The notes beneath the pieces are model-generated. The model searched no databases. It worked only from the letters and a program-made list of their open reading frames with translations, and had not been told where the DNA came from. From Gemmatimonadota bacterium (GTDB lineage: Bacteria > Gemmatimonadota > Gemmatimonadetes > Gemmatimonadales > GWC2-71-9): 64,000 nt of DNA. The stretch's first letter is position 1; each line of letters opens with the position of its first letter. Shown here in pieces: positions 36,210 through 47,181 of this stretch. The DNA is taken from assembly GCA_031394255.1 (NCBI GenBank), contig JANMXA010000173.1:4763-68762 (forward strand), written 5' to 3'. The translations under genes were made by a program, and so were the position numbers.

Positions 36210-37787
36210 GTGAGCGCCATTCGCCGTGCAGGAGCCACTGCCCTGCTCTTCGTCGCCGTCATGACCCAGTCGGGGAACGCGCAACAGACCGTGCCACGCA
36301 CGCTGTCGCTGGAGGAGGCGTTGCAGCTGGCGCGCCCCGCCAGTGAAGCGGTGGCCCTGGCCCGGGTCGGCATCCAGCGAGCCCATGGCCAGCAGCTTCA
36401 GGCCCGGAGCGACCTGCTGCCGCAAATCAGCGGGGCGTTTTCCTACACCCGCCAACTCAAGTCGCAGTTCGACAATCTGTTCGGCGGAACCCAGGACACG
36501 ACGGCCACGGTCCCGGCCCCGAGCCGGTGCGATGCCTTCACCGGCAATCCCAACAAACCGATCGCCGAACGGTTGACCGACCTCGAAAACGCGGTGGCGT
36601 GTGCCACCACAGTGAACCCCTTCGCCGGCTTCAGCAAGTTGCCGTTCGGGAGGAAGAACACGTACACCGTCGGGTTCTCCGGTTCGCAGCTGCTGTTCGA
36701 CGGCGGGCGGGTGTTCGGGCAGATGAAGGCGGCCGACGCCGGCCGGGCCTCGGCGTCGATCGCGCTGACGGCGGCTGAGGCACAGCTCGTCCTGGACGTG
36801 GTTCAGGCCTACTACGACGCGGCGCTGAGCGAGCGGCTGGTCGCGATTGCGGAGGCCACGCTGTCGCAGGCCGACACGACCTTGACCCAGACCAGGCTTC
36901 GTCGCGAAGTCGGGACCGCGCCCGAGTTCGACGTCCTCCGCGCCACGGTGGCACGGGACAATCAGCGGCCCCTGGTCATTCAGGCCCGCACCCAGCGGGA
37001 GCTCGCCCAGGTGCACCTCCGGCAGTTGCTCAACATTCCGATCGACCTGCCGCTCACGCTTACGACCGAACTCTCCGACACCACGATGAGCCGGGTGCCG
37101 ACGCTCGCCCAGATCGCGAGCGCCTCGCCAGACACCGCGGCCGGCCACCGGTCCGCGGTACGGCAGGCGGTGGAAGCGGTCCGCGCCCAGGAAGGGCTCA
37201 ACGCGTCTTCCCGGGCTCAGAGTCTGCCGGCGGTCTCACTGTCGTCCCAGTACAGCCGGCTCGCGTACCCCTCGAACGGCCTGCCGGGCTGGAGCGAGTT
37301 CCTGACTGACTGGAAACTCACCTTGGGCGCCCAGGTTCCAATCTTCACGGGCGGCCGGATCAAGGGAGACCGGATCCAGGCCAAGGCCGGCCTCGATGAG
37401 GCGAAACTCCGCCACAGCCAGATCACCAAGGCGGCCGAACTCGACGGACGGAACACCCTCGCCTCGCTCGAGGCCGCGCAATCGAACTGGATCGCCAGCG
37501 AAGGCACCGCGGCTCAGGCGACCCGCGCCTACCAGATTGCCGATCTTCGTTTCCGCGAAGGGCTGTCGACCCAGACCGAGTTGCTCGACTCCCGGATTGC
37601 CCTCCAGCAAGCCGAGGTCAACCGGGCCCAGGCGGCGCGCGATCTGCAGATCGCCCGGGTCCGGGTGTCACTCCTTGCCGATCTGCCCCTCGGGGGCGCG
37701 TCAACCGACCAGCAGGCCACCAGATCCCAAGCGCCGAGACGTGCTGCGGCGAACCAAGCTTCGACCGGAGGACAGAGTTTCCCATGA
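36210..37787 (+). CDS. TolC family outer-membrane efflux protein
   Basis: GTG start after GAAGGAG and a signal peptide. Two OEP repeats ('LSLEEALQLA', 'YDAALSERL', 'EGLSTQTELLDSRIALQQAEVNRAQA'). Confidence 0.85.
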   Translation: MSAIRRAGATALLFVAVMTQSGNAQQTVPRTLSLEEALQLARPASEAVALARVGIQRAHGQQLQARSDLLPQISGAFSYTRQLKSQFDNLFGGTQDTTATVPAPSRCDAFTGNPNKPIAERLTDLENAVACATTVNPFAGFSKLPFGRKNTYTVGFSGSQLLFDGGRVFGQMKAADAGRASASIALTAAEAQLVLDVVQAYYDAALSERLVAIAEATLSQADTTLTQTRLRREVGTAPEFDVLRATVARDNQRPLVIQARTQRELAQVHLRQLLNIPIDLPLTLTTELSDTTMSRVPTLAQIASASPDTAAGHRSAVRQAVEAVRAQEGLNASSRAQSLPAVSLSSQYSRLAYPSNGLPGWSEFLTDWKLTLGAQVPIFTGGRIKGDRIQAKAGLDEAKLRHSQITKAAELDGRNTLASLEAAQSNWIASEGTAAQATRAYQIADLRFREGLSTQTELLDSRIALQQAEVNRAQAARDLQIARVRVSLLADLPLGGASTDQQATRSQAPRRAAANQASTGGQSFP

Positions 37788-38917
37788 TCGCCCGTCAGGT
37801 ACGTACCACCTCCCTTGCCGCCGCCATGACCGCGGCCCTCCTGGGCTGCGGAAAGAAGGCGGACCCCGCCGCGTCTGCCGGTGCCGATCCCGCCCCCGCG
37901 ATGGTCGGGCCGGAGAATCTCTTCGTGACCGAGTCGCGGCAATTGCTCAACGGGCCACAGATCTCCGGATCGCTCACGGCGGAACGGGCGGCCACCATCC
38001 GGGCGGACATTGCGGCGGTCGTGACTCAGACCCTGGTCGAAGAAGGTCAGGCGGTATCCCGCGGCCAACTCCTCGGTCGTCTCAATGATGATGCCTTCCG
38101 CGATCAGGTGCTTTCCGCCAAGTCCGGCGTCAGAACCGCCACCGAAGCCGTGGCGGTCGCCAGGCGGAACGCCGAACGAGCGGAAAAGCTTTCACAAGCC
38201 GGCGCCATGGCTGATCGGGATCTGGAACAGGCCCGGTGGTCGGTGATGAACGCCGACGCGGGTCTTGCCGACGCGAGCGCCCGGCTGGCGGGGGCGCAGA
38301 AGCAACTCGGTTACACCGAGATCCGGGCACCCCTCTCCGGCATCGTCAGTGAGCGCAAGGTCAACGCCGGCGATAACGTCGCGGCCGGCAACCCGCTCTT
38401 TACGGTGGTCGATCCCTCGAGCCTGCGGCTCGATGGCCAGGTGCCGGTCACCGCGATCGGGAGCCTCAAGATCGGCGCGGCGGTGCCGTTCGCGATCGAC
38501 GGCTACGGCGACCGGGCGTTCGAGGGCCGTGTCATTCGGATCAACCCCGCGGTTGATCCGGCGACCCGCCAGGTCCGGATCACGGTGTCGGTGCCGAACC
38601 AGGGCGGGCGGCTGGTGGCGGGGCTGTTTGCTCAGGGACGGGTGGCCACGGAATCACGCACCGGGGTGGTGGTGCCGGGCTCCGCCATCGACCGGCGCGG
38701 ACTTCGGCCGATGGTGACCCGGGTTGAAAAGGGTGTGGCTCGCCGCGTCGAGGTCGCTCTGGGCATCGAGGACCCCACGATCGACCGGGTCGAGATCACC
38801 AGCGGCCTCGCCATCGGCGACACCGTCATTACCGGCGCTGCCCGTGGCATCGCACCGGGGACCAAGGTGCGCGCCACGGCCGCCGCGGAACGTCCCGCCG
38901 GCGCGCCGACCAATTAG
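37784..38917 (+). CDS. efflux RND transporter periplasmic adaptor subunit (MFP)
   Basis: Lipobox 'ALLGCG', 'LGYTEIRAPLSGIVSERKVNAGDNV' and beta-barrel/MP domains. ATGA overlap with tolC. Confidence 0.9.
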   Translation: MIARQVRTTSLAAAMTAALLGCGKKADPAASAGADPAPAMVGPENLFVTESRQLLNGPQISGSLTAERAATIRADIAAVVTQTLVEEGQAVSRGQLLGRLNDDAFRDQVLSAKSGVRTATEAVAVARRNAERAEKLSQAGAMADRDLEQARWSVMNADAGLADASARLAGAQKQLGYTEIRAPLSGIVSERKVNAGDNVAAGNPLFTVVDPSSLRLDGQVPVTAIGSLKIGAAVPFAIDGYGDRAFEGRVIRINPAVDPATRQVRITVSVPNQGGRLVAGLFAQGRVATESRTGVVVPGSAIDRRGLRPMVTRVEKGVARRVEVALGIEDPTIDRVEITSGLAIGDTVITGAARGIAPGTKVRATAAAERPAGAPTN

Positions 38918-38931
38918 CTGGAGACCGGACC

Positions 38932-41900
38932 ATGATCATCTCTGATTTCGCAATCCGGCGCCCGGTTGTCACCATCGTGGCCATGCTGTCCCTGGTGGTG
39001 GCCGGGCTGCTGGCGCTCTTCAGACTCAAGACCGACGAATTCCCCGACATCGACCCCCCGCTCGTCAACGTGGCCCTCATCTACCCCGGGGCTTCACCGG
39101 ACGGCGTCGAGAAAGAGGTGATCAACCCGGTCGAGGAAGCCATCGCGTCGATCGCCGGCGTGAAGAAGAGCTTCAGCACCTCCGAAGACGGCTTTGGCCA
39201 GATCATCGTCGAGTTCCAATTCGGCAAATCGTTGTCGGAAGCGACCCAGGACATCCGGGACGCGGTCTCGGGCATCCGGGCGGATCTCCCACAGGAGCTC
39301 AAGGAACCGATCATCAAGAAGTTCAACGACACCGACCGACCGATCGTGTCGTTCGCCCTGGCCTCGGAACGTCTCTCAGCGGGCGAACTGACCCGGCTGG
39401 CCGACCCCGGCATTACCCGGGAGTTGCGCTCGCTGGGCGGGGTCGCCGAAGTCACCGTCGCCGGCAAGCAGGAACGGGAACTGACGGTAGAGATCAACCC
39501 CGTGGCCCTCCAGGCGACGGGCATCAGCGTGGGCCAGGTGGTACAAGCACTTCAGTTGCAGAACCTCGCCGCCCCCGTCGGCCGAGTTCAGAGTCCTGAC
39601 GGCGAACGGTCGATCCGTCTGAGGGGACGGCCCGAAGGTCCGACCGACTTCGCTCAGATTGCGGTGGTCGAACGCAACGGACGGGTGATTCGCCTCGGCG
39701 AAATCGCGACCATCAAGGACGGCGTCCAGGAATCGCGAACGCTGGCCCTCTACAATGGCAAGGAAGCAGTCGGCATCGACATCAAGAAAGCCAAGGGATA
39801 CAGCACCACGGATGTCAGCGCCCGGGTCATCGCGCGCGTCAACGCGATCCGGTCCCGGATGCCGCAGGGTGTCACCCTCGACCTGATTCGGGATTCCGGT
39901 GAACGGGTCGAACATTCGGTCTGGGAAGTCGGCAAGGCGCTGATCGAAGGCGCCCTCCTCACCGTGCTCGTCGTGTTCCTGTTCCTGAACTCCTGGCGAT
40001 CGACCGTGATCACCGGCCTCGCCCTGCCGGTCTCCGTGCTCGCCTCCTTCATTGCGGTGTGGGTGTTCGGCTTTACCCTGAACACCATGTCGCTCCTCGG
40101 CCTCTCGCTCGCCATTGGCATTCTGATCGACGACGCCATCGTGGTCCGGGAGAACATCGTCCGCCACGTCGAGATGGGCAAAGACCACTTCCGCGCCGCC
40201 CACGAGGGGACCGACGAGATCGGCCTGGCTGTGGCGGCCACGACGTTCTCGATTCTGGCGGTATTTATCCCCGTGGCGTTCCAGGGCGGCATGACGGAGC
40301 AGTGGATGAAGCCGTTCGCGCTCACGATTGCCTGCTCGGTGGCTGTGTCACTGCTGGTGTCGTTTTCGCTCGACCCGATGCTGTCGGCCTACTGGCCCGA
40401 CCCGCACACGCCCCCGGAACAGCGGGGCTGGATCACTCGGACGCTCGACCGGTTCAACGCCTGGTTCGCTCGGCAGGCGGAGAACTACAAGCGCGTGATC
40501 GCCTGGGCGCTCGACCACCGGTTCTCGATGCTGATCATCACGACCGGGACGTTTTTCGCGTCCTTCGTGCTGCCGGGCAAAGGCCTCCTTGGCCTGATCG
40601 GCGCGTTAACAGGGATCGGCGTGATGGCCTGGGCGGCCGGGCTCCAGCGTGGGTGGCCGGTCAAGGTCCTCGGCATCATCGGCGGCTTTGTGCTGGCTGT
40701 GGCCCTCGAGCGCGTCGCCCCGGAATGGAAGAAAGTGGGCGTCGGCTTCTTCCCGCTGGACGACCGTTCGGAGTTCTATGCCAAGGTAGAAACCCCACCG
40801 GGATCCACGATGGCCTACACCCGGCGCAAGGTCGAAGAGGTGGAGCGGATCCTCCGGACCCTGCCCGAGTTGCGGTACACCTACAGTACTCTGGGCGGCG
40901 GGCTGTCGGGCACGGTGGACGTGGCCAACATCTTCGTCCGGGTGATCCCGAAGAAGGACCGCCCCGGCCGGAGCGCCGAGACCCTCGCCGCCGTCGTCCG
41001 GGATAGTCTGGCCAGTCTTACCGGAGTCGCAACCTCGGTATTCACGAGCGACCTCCAGGGCGGGCGCAAGCAACTCGCCATCAACATTCAAGGGGATGAT
41101 CCGCCCCTCCTCCAGGTGATGGCGGAGCGGATCAAGGCCGAAGTCGCGCTGGTCCCGAGCGTGGTGGATCTGGGCCTCTCGACCAAGGGCCAGAAGCCGG
41201 AGCTGAACGTCGAGCTGAACCGGGGGCTGGCTGGCTCCCTCGGAGTCACGGTGGGCCAGGTCGCTCAGTCGATCCGACCCGCATTTGCGGGGCTCGACGC
41301 CGGTGACTGGATCGATCCCAGCGGTGAAACCCGGGACGTCGAAATCCGCCTGGCGCCGGAGTACCGGGCCCAGGTCAGCGACCTGCGCCAGTTGCCGCTC
41401 GTCATCATGGGCCCGATGGGCGTCCCGTCCACCATCCCGCTCGGACAGGTCGCCGAGATCACCCCGAGCCTCGGCCCGGCGGCGATCAGCCATCTGAATC
41501 GCACCCCGAACGTCGTCGTCGAGTGGAACGTGGCGGGCCGGTCGACCGGCGAGGTCTTCGCCGATGTCCAGACCCGCCTCGTGGCCAAGGGCATCATCCT
41601 TGGAAAAGTCGCCCCTGGGGGCATCCTGGTGACCGAAGGCGGCGATCAGGAGTTCCAGGCTGAGTCCTTCCGGAGCATCGGAACCTCGCTCGCGATCGCG
41701 ATCATGCTCATGTACCTGGTGCTCGTGATGCAGTTCGGCTCGTTCATGGACCCCCTCGCGATCATGGCGTCCCTGCCCCTTTCCCTCATCGGGGTACTGC
41801 TCGGATTGTCGTTCGCCAACTACACGATCAACATCATGAGCCTCATCGGCGTCATCCTGCTGATGGGCCTGGTAGCCAAGAACGCCATCTTGCTGATCGA

Positions 41901-42246
41901 CTTCGCCAAATGGGCCCACGAGGACCGGGGACTGTCGATCCGTGACGCCCTGATCGAAGCGGGAGGAATCCGGCTGCGCCCGATCCTCATGACCACGGTT
42001 GCCCTGATCGCCGGCATGGCGCCGATTGCACTTGGGACCGGGGAGGGCTCGCAGTTCCGCTCTCCCCTTGGTGTCGCGGTCATCGGCGGCGTTATCACCT
42101 CGACCCTGCTGACGTTGCTGGTCATCCCGACGTTCTATGAGGTGCTGTTCGAGATGCGGGAGAAGATCTTCGGACGGGCGCGGACGGCCCGTCGTCACCT
42201 GGAACCCGTGATGGCTCCAGGCCTCACGGAGGAACGAGCCCAATGA
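38932..42246 (+). CDS. efflux RND transporter permease subunit (AcrB/HAE family)
   Basis: 1104 aa. 'MIISDFAIRRPVVTIVAMLSLVVAG', duplicated 6-TM plus large periplasmic loop architecture, and 'GILIDDAIVVREN'. Confidence 0.95.
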   Translation: MIISDFAIRRPVVTIVAMLSLVVAGLLALFRLKTDEFPDIDPPLVNVALIYPGASPDGVEKEVINPVEEAIASIAGVKKSFSTSEDGFGQIIVEFQFGKSLSEATQDIRDAVSGIRADLPQELKEPIIKKFNDTDRPIVSFALASERLSAGELTRLADPGITRELRSLGGVAEVTVAGKQERELTVEINPVALQATGISVGQVVQALQLQNLAAPVGRVQSPDGERSIRLRGRPEGPTDFAQIAVVERNGRVIRLGEIATIKDGVQESRTLALYNGKEAVGIDIKKAKGYSTTDVSARVIARVNAIRSRMPQGVTLDLIRDSGERVEHSVWEVGKALIEGALLTVLVVFLFLNSWRSTVITGLALPVSVLASFIAVWVFGFTLNTMSLLGLSLAIGILIDDAIVVRENIVRHVEMGKDHFRAAHEGTDEIGLAVAATTFSILAVFIPVAFQGGMTEQWMKPFALTIACSVAVSLLVSFSLDPMLSAYWPDPHTPPEQRGWITRTLDRFNAWFARQAENYKRVIAWALDHRFSMLIITTGTFFASFVLPGKGLLGLIGALTGIGVMAWAAGLQRGWPVKVLGIIGGFVLAVALERVAPEWKKVGVGFFPLDDRSEFYAKVETPPGSTMAYTRRKVEEVERILRTLPELRYTYSTLGGGLSGTVDVANIFVRVIPKKDRPGRSAETLAAVVRDSLASLTGVATSVFTSDLQGGRKQLAINIQGDDPPLLQVMAERIKAEVALVPSVVDLGLSTKGQKPELNVELNRGLAGSLGVTVGQVAQSIRPAFAGLDAGDWIDPSGETRDVEIRLAPEYRAQVSDLRQLPLVIMGPMGVPSTIPLGQVAEITPSLGPAAISHLNRTPNVVVEWNVAGRSTGEVFADVQTRLVAKGIILGKVAPGGILVTEGGDQEFQAESFRSIGTSLAIAIMLMYLVLVMQFGSFMDPLAIMASLPLSLIGVLLGLSFANYTINIMSLIGVILLMGLVAKNAILLIDFAKWAHEDRGLSIRDALIEAGGIRLRPILMTTVALIAGMAPIALGTGEGSQFRSPLGVAVIGGVITSTLLTLLVIPTFYEVLFEMREKIFGRARTARRHLEPVMAPGLTEERAQ

Positions 42247-42689
42247 GCCTGCCATCGAAGGACTTCCCCGATCACCACGACGCGGAACTGCTGCTGCGGG
42301 CGTACGAGCTTCGCCGCGAGCCGGTTCTCCGGGCCGCCCGAAAGCTGATCACGGCCGAGTGGTGGCCCAGGTCGCTCGCCGATCTGCAGGCGATCGTCTC
42401 CTGGGATCACCAGGACAACGCGGCATTTCGCCAGGTGACCAGCTACTGGGAGTTGATCTACGGCATGGCCCGCCACGGCATCGTGCACGGCGAATACATG
42501 GCTGACTCCGCCGGCGGTGAGGGCTTGATTCTCCTGGCCAAGGTCTACCCGTGGCTCACCGAGTTCCGCCAGACAACCGGCCCGCGATTTCTCCGAAACA
42601 CCGAGTGGATCATCACCGAGACGGACACCGGCCGGGAGCAGTTTCCCCGAGTACGGGACCGGGTCGAGAAGATGCGGGCGGCCCGGTAA
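42243..42689 (+). CDS. hypothetical cytoplasmic protein (unknown function) embedded in the efflux operon
   Basis: 148-aa ORF. Its ATG overlaps the RND stop (ATGA), and its stop lies 3 nt before the ABC gene. No TM helix or signal peptide and no motif I recognise. Confidence 0.6.
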   Translation: MSLPSKDFPDHHDAELLLRAYELRREPVLRAARKLITAEWWPRSLADLQAIVSWDHQDNAAFRQVTSYWELIYGMARHGIVHGEYMADSAGGEGLILLAKVYPWLTEFRQTTGPRFLRNTEWIITETDTGREQFPRVRDRVEKMRAAR

Positions 42690-42692
42690 GCC

Positions 42693-44552
42693 ATGACGCC
42701 TCCCAAACGAAAGACCAACTTCAAGCTGGCATGGGGTGAAGCCAAGGTCATTATCTGGCACCACCGGCGGCGGCTGTCCCTCGGCCTGGCCGTCATGATG
42801 GTCAACCGCCTGAGCGGCCTGATCCTCCCGGCCAGTTCGAAGTACTTGATCGACCATGTCCTCGTTCCCGTCTCCAAGCCGGCCTGGTGGGATCGCCTGC
42901 TACCGACCGACCGCCATCAGCAATTGCTGGCCCTGGCGGCGATCGCCGTCACCGCGACCCTGATCCAGTCAATCTCCTCATTCGCGCTCACCAGGATCCT
43001 CGGCGTGGCCGCCCAACGCGCCATCACCGACATGCGCCGCAGCGTCATGGAACATGTCGTCCGGCTCCCGGTCCGGGCGTTCGACGAGACCCAGACCGGC
43101 CAGCTCGTGAGCCGGGTCATGAACGATCCCGAAGGGATCCGAAACCTCGTCGGTACCGGCCTCGCCCAGATTACCGGCGGCATGGTGACCGCCGCCATCG
43201 TTCTCGGCATTCTGTTCTTTCTGAACTGGCAGCTCACGGCCGTGACCCTGGTGGTCCTGCTCCTCTTCTCGGGCGGGATGGCGCTAGCCTTCACGAAGCT
43301 GCGCCCCCTGTTTCGGGAGCGGGCCAAAATCAACGCCGAAGTCACTGGCAGACTGAACGAAACACTCGGCGGAATCCGGGTGGTGAAGTCGTATGTCGCC
43401 GAGCGCCGTGAGGAGCTCGCCTTCACCCGCGGCGCCCACCGGCTGTTCCGAAACGTGGCCACCACCATGACCGGGGTCTCGGCCGTCGCCGCTTTCTCAT
43501 CGCTGATCGTGGGCGCCATCGGGGCGCTGATGATCGTGGTCGGAGGGGGACGCGTCCTGTCGGGCGCCATGACCATCGGCGACTACTTCATGTACGTCCT
43601 CTTCACGGGGATGATGGCACTCCCGCTGGTGCAGCTGGCGTCAATCGGCACCCAGGTCAGTGAGGCCTTCGCCGGCCTCGACCGGATCCGGGAACTCAAG
43701 GAAATGCCGACCGAAGACCAGCTCGACGCCGACCGCGAGGTGATCCAGTCGATCGTGGGCCGCGTAGCGTTCGAGGATGTCTGGTTCGAATACAATCCCG
43801 GCGTGCCGGTCCTCAAGGGCATCTCGTTCCTGGCCCCGGCCGGAACCACCACCGCCCTGGTCGGCTCCAGTGGATCCGGCAAGAGCACGCTGATGAGCCT
43901 CGTGATGGCTTTCAATCGGCCGACCAAGGGTGCCGTCATGATCGACGGCCGGGACCTCGGCGGACTCAAACTCCGGAACTACCGGGCCCACCTCGGCATC
44001 GTCCTGCAGGACAACTTTCTGTTCGACGGTACGGTCGCGGACAACATCCGCTTCTCCCGCCCCGATGCCTCGATGGCCGAGGTCGTCAGGGTGAGCAAGA
44101 TCGCCCATTGCGACGAGTTCATCGAGGGCTTCCCCCAGAAGTACGATACGGTCGTCGGCGAACGGGGGGTCCGATTGTCCGGCGGTCAGCGCCAACGCGT
44201 GGCGATCGCCCGTGCCATTCTGGCCGAGCCATCGATCCTCCTGCTTGACGAAGCCACCTCGAGCCTCGACAGCGAGAGCGAAGCACTGATCCAGGACGGG
44301 CTCAAGGCGCTCCGGGCAGGACGCACCACCTTCGTCATCGCCCACCGGCTCAGCACCATCATGAGCGCGGATCAGATCCTTGTGATCGAGGACGGGCAGG
44401 TCGTCGAACGGGGCAGCCACACCGAACTGCTGGCTGCCGACGGCCGTTACCGGCAGCTCTACGAAAAACAGTACCGGATCGAGCGCGACCGATTCATCAA
44501 CCCGGGCGAGGACTTTACCGGGGCGCCGGTCGAGGTGCGAACCACAACCTGA
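42693..44552 (+). CDS. ABC transporter ATP-binding/permease fusion (MsbA-like type I exporter)
   Basis: 6-TM domain followed by Walker A 'GSSGSGKST', signature 'LSGGQRQR' and Walker B 'ILLLDEATS'. Confidence 0.9.
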   Translation: MTPPKRKTNFKLAWGEAKVIIWHHRRRLSLGLAVMMVNRLSGLILPASSKYLIDHVLVPVSKPAWWDRLLPTDRHQQLLALAAIAVTATLIQSISSFALTRILGVAAQRAITDMRRSVMEHVVRLPVRAFDETQTGQLVSRVMNDPEGIRNLVGTGLAQITGGMVTAAIVLGILFFLNWQLTAVTLVVLLLFSGGMALAFTKLRPLFRERAKINAEVTGRLNETLGGIRVVKSYVAERREELAFTRGAHRLFRNVATTMTGVSAVAAFSSLIVGAIGALMIVVGGGRVLSGAMTIGDYFMYVLFTGMMALPLVQLASIGTQVSEAFAGLDRIRELKEMPTEDQLDADREVIQSIVGRVAFEDVWFEYNPGVPVLKGISFLAPAGTTTALVGSSGSGKSTLMSLVMAFNRPTKGAVMIDGRDLGGLKLRNYRAHLGIVLQDNFLFDGTVADNIRFSRPDASMAEVVRVSKIAHCDEFIEGFPQKYDTVVGERGVRLSGGQRQRVAIARAILAEPSILLLDEATSSLDSESEALIQDGLKALRAGRTTFVIAHRLSTIMSADQILVIEDGQVVERGSHTELLAADGRYRQLYEKQYRIERDRFINPGEDFTGAPVEVRTTT

Positions 44553-44575
44553 GTTGAGGACCGACGCCAAACGAC

Positions 44576-44604
44576 GGAGGGGCCCTCCAGTCGAGGGCCC
44601 CTTC
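44576..44604. terminator. bidirectional GC-rich hairpin between convergent ABC and molybdopterin-subunit genes
   Basis: GGGGCCCTC - cagtc - GAGGGCCCC perfect 9-bp stem (extendable to about 11 bp), followed by CTTC. No long U-tract. Confidence 0.55.
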
Positions 44605-44621
44605 GCGCATGCAGGACCGGC

Positions 44622-46790
44622 TCACGCCGGCAGCGACAGTGGCAGCGTTCGAAGCCTGTGCCCGGTCGCGGCGAACACCGCGTTGGCCACAGCCGGGGCG
44701 ATCGGCGGCGTGCCCGGCTCCCCCACCCCAGTCGGATCGGCCGTGCTCGGGACGATATGCACGTCCACCACCGGCATGTCGGCCATCCGAAGGACCGGAT
44801 AGTCGTGGAAATTGGACTGCTTCGCCTGGCCCGCGGCAATCGAAATCCTGCCCATCAGCGCCGCCGAAAGCCCGTACACGATGGCCCCCTCGACCTGTGC
44901 CTTGACCGTGTCTGGGTTGATGACCGTTCCGCAGTCGATCGCGGCAACCACCCGGCGGACCTTGATGGCGCCATCGACGATTTCAACCTCCGCCACCTCC
45001 GCCACGTAGCTCGCAAATGACTCGTGGACCGCCACGCCGCGGAATCTTCCCGCGCCCAATGGCGATCCCCAGCCGGCCTTCTCGGCCGCAAGGTCGAGGA
45101 CGGCGAGAAGCCGGGGAGACCCACTCAGCAACGATCGCCGATAGGCCAGCGGGTCCTCCTTGGCCGTCGCTGCCAGTTCATCGATGAACGACTCGACCGC
45201 GAACGCCGTGTGAGTGTGCCCGACCGACCGCCAATACCCGACCGGGACCGGGGTCTTCGTCTGGTGGTAGCGAACCTCAACGTTCGGAACGGCATACGGG
45301 AGGTCAGCCACACCTTCCACGCCGCTCGGATCGATCCCGCCTTTGAGCGGCCCGGCGAGGTGAGTCGCCCACTCCGGTAGGAAGCCCGGCATGAACTTGG
45401 CCAGAATCGACTGACAAGCCACCTGGTGCTTCCAACTCACCGGCCGGCCCGAGTGATCGAGGGTGGCCAAAGCGTGGTGGCGGGCGGCGGGCCGGTAGAA
45501 ATCGTGTTGGGTATCGTCCTCCCTCGTCCACATCAGCCTGACCGGGCGACGGACGGCCTTGGACGTCTCCACCGCCTCGCGGACCATGTCAAGTTCGGAG
45601 CGGCGGCCGAATCCGCCGCCCAGGAGGGTGGTCCTGACGGTGGTCTTGTCGAGCCCCACCCCCGCCACCGACGCCGCCACCCCTCGAGCCCCGCCACCAG
45701 CCATGAAGCTCGGCGCCGCCTGGAATTGGGTTGGAACCCAGATCGTCACGCCGTCGTTTCGAACGTCGGCGGTGCAGTTCATCGGCTCCATGGTCGCATG
45801 GGCGAGGAACGGCACTTGGTAGGTCGCCTCGACGGTCGTCACTCCGCCCGCAGCTGGATCGCCCGTTGTCCTGGCGATCCGGCCCTCCGCCGCCAGGGCG
45901 CGGGCGAATTCACGATCGGTCGCGGCGTCGTCCCACGCCGCCGCCGCCCCCTCATTCCAGCGGATCACGAGCCGGTCCCGTCCCTGCTTGGCAGCCCAGA
46001 AACCGTCGGCCACGACGGCGACACCAGATGAGATCGTAACGACCTGCTTTACACCCGGGACCTTGAGCGCCGCGGCCGGGTCCAAGGACTCCAACTTCCC
46101 GCCGAACACCGGGCAGCGAGCCACCAGGGCAACGAGAACACGCTCCGGCTGAATGTCCGCGCCATAGTACGCCCGCCCCGTGACCTTGCCGTGGAGATCG
46201 AGGCGGGTGATCGACTTTCCGATCAGGGCAAACTTGGCCGGGTCCTTGAGGACGACCGTCGCCGGCAACACTTCCTTGGCGGCCAGGGCCACCAGTGCCC
46301 CATACTCCGCCCGCCGCCCCGACGAACGATGCACCACCACACCCGGCTCCGTCTCGCACGCCGCGGCTTCGACCCCCCAGCCCCGCGCCGCGGCCGCGAT
46401 CAACAACGCCCTGGCTTTGGCGCCTGCCTCGCGCAGCGGCCGCCACGCCGCCCGGATGGCGGTGCTGCCGCCGGTGGCCTGGATCTTCATCAGCGGGTTG
46501 TAGTACGCCTCGTTCGCCGGGGCGAACTCGTACCTGACCTTCGACCAGTCGGCATCGAGTTCCTCGGCTACGAGCATCGGGAGCGATGTGCTGATGCCTT
46601 GACCCATCTCGGCCCGGTCAACCATGACCGTGACGATGCCGTCCGGGGCAATCCGGATCCAGGCATCGGGAACGAACGCCCCTTCCGGCCCGGCCGGGGC
46701 ATGCTCGGGGCGGCAGCCTTCGAGCATGACCGCGAGCGAGAGACCCGCACCAGCGCCACCCACGACCCGGACGAACTCGCGACGTTCCAT
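44622..46790 (-). CDS. xanthine dehydrogenase family molybdopterin-binding subunit (IorB / membrane aldehyde dehydrogenase large-subunit type) with Tat signal
   Basis: '[26 protein letters not shown]' twin-Arg-like leader. 722 aa with aldehyde oxidase/xanthine dehydrogenase a/b-hammerhead and MoCo-binding regions ('GGGFGRR', '[17 protein letters not shown]'). Confidence 0.9.
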   Translation of the reverse strand: MERREFVRVVGGAGAGLSLAVMLEGCRPEHAPAGPEGAFVPDAWIRIAPDGIVTVMVDRAEMGQGISTSLPMLVAEELDADWSKVRYEFAPANEAYYNPLMKIQATGGSTAIRAAWRPLREAGAKARALLIAAAARGWGVEAAACETEPGVVVHRSSGRRAEYGALVALAAKEVLPATVVLKDPAKFALIGKSITRLDLHGKVTGRAYYGADIQPERVLVALVARCPVFGGKLESLDPAAALKVPGVKQVVTISSGVAVVADGFWAAKQGRDRLVIRWNEGAAAAWDDAATDREFARALAAEGRIARTTGDPAAGGVTTVEATYQVPFLAHATMEPMNCTADVRNDGVTIWVPTQFQAAPSFMAGGGARGVAASVAGVGLDKTTVRTTLLGGGFGRRSELDMVREAVETSKAVRRPVRLMWTREDDTQHDFYRPAARHHALATLDHSGRPVSWKHQVACQSILAKFMPGFLPEWATHLAGPLKGGIDPSGVEGVADLPYAVPNVEVRYHQTKTPVPVGYWRSVGHTHTAFAVESFIDELAATAKEDPLAYRRSLLSGSPRLLAVLDLAAEKAGWGSPLGAGRFRGVAVHESFASYVAEVAEVEIVDGAIKVRRVVAAIDCGTVINPDTVKAQVEGAIVYGLSAALMGRISIAAGQAKQSNFHDYPVLRMADMPVVDVHIVPSTADPTGVGEPGTPPIAPAVANAVFAATGHRLRTLPLSLPA

Positions 46791-46793
46791 GGA

Positions 46794-47180
46794 CTACTTC
46801 CTCACCGTGGCCGAGTACGACGAGATATCGCCGAGGGCGAAGGTGTTGCGATCGGCAACCGCCTCGAACCGTGCGCTGTACGCAGAGGCAGCATTCACGT
46901 CGGGGACAGACAGTTTGATGATGTCCCCGGTCACGATTTGGCCGGTGATCACGACCCTCGTTGCCGTCGGGCCGGCCGCGGCGGAGGCCACCTGGTAGGC
47001 GCCGGCGGATTTCACGGCGCTGACGGACCCCGTCACCAGAAGGAGGATTGCGCCGTCCGTCTGACTCGGCCCGACGTAGGAAACCGTGAGATCGCCGGAC
47101 ACCGGACCAACAGGGTCGGGCTTCTTCGAACCGCATGCAGCGGAAAGCCCCAGCGCGGCCACCAGCAGGAACCGTCTCAT
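46794..47180 (-). CDS. hypothetical small lipoprotein
   Basis: 'MRRFLLVAALGLSAACGS' lipobox. 128 aa, beta-rich. Sits 1 nt after the protease stop and 3 nt before the molybdopterin-subunit start. Confidence 0.6.
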   Translation of the reverse strand: MRRFLLVAALGLSAACGSKKPDPVGPVSGDLTVSYVGPSQTDGAILLLVTGSVSAVKSAGAYQVASAAAGPTATRVVITGQIVTGDIIKLSVPDVNAASAYSARFEAVADRNTFALGDISSYSATVRK

Positions 47181-47181
47181 C

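Noticed and set aside
40606-42255. 549-aa minus-strand ORF
   Set aside because: It is antisense to the RND permease. Its composition (Arg/Gly/Asp/His-rich, no motifs) indicates a GC-driven open frame.
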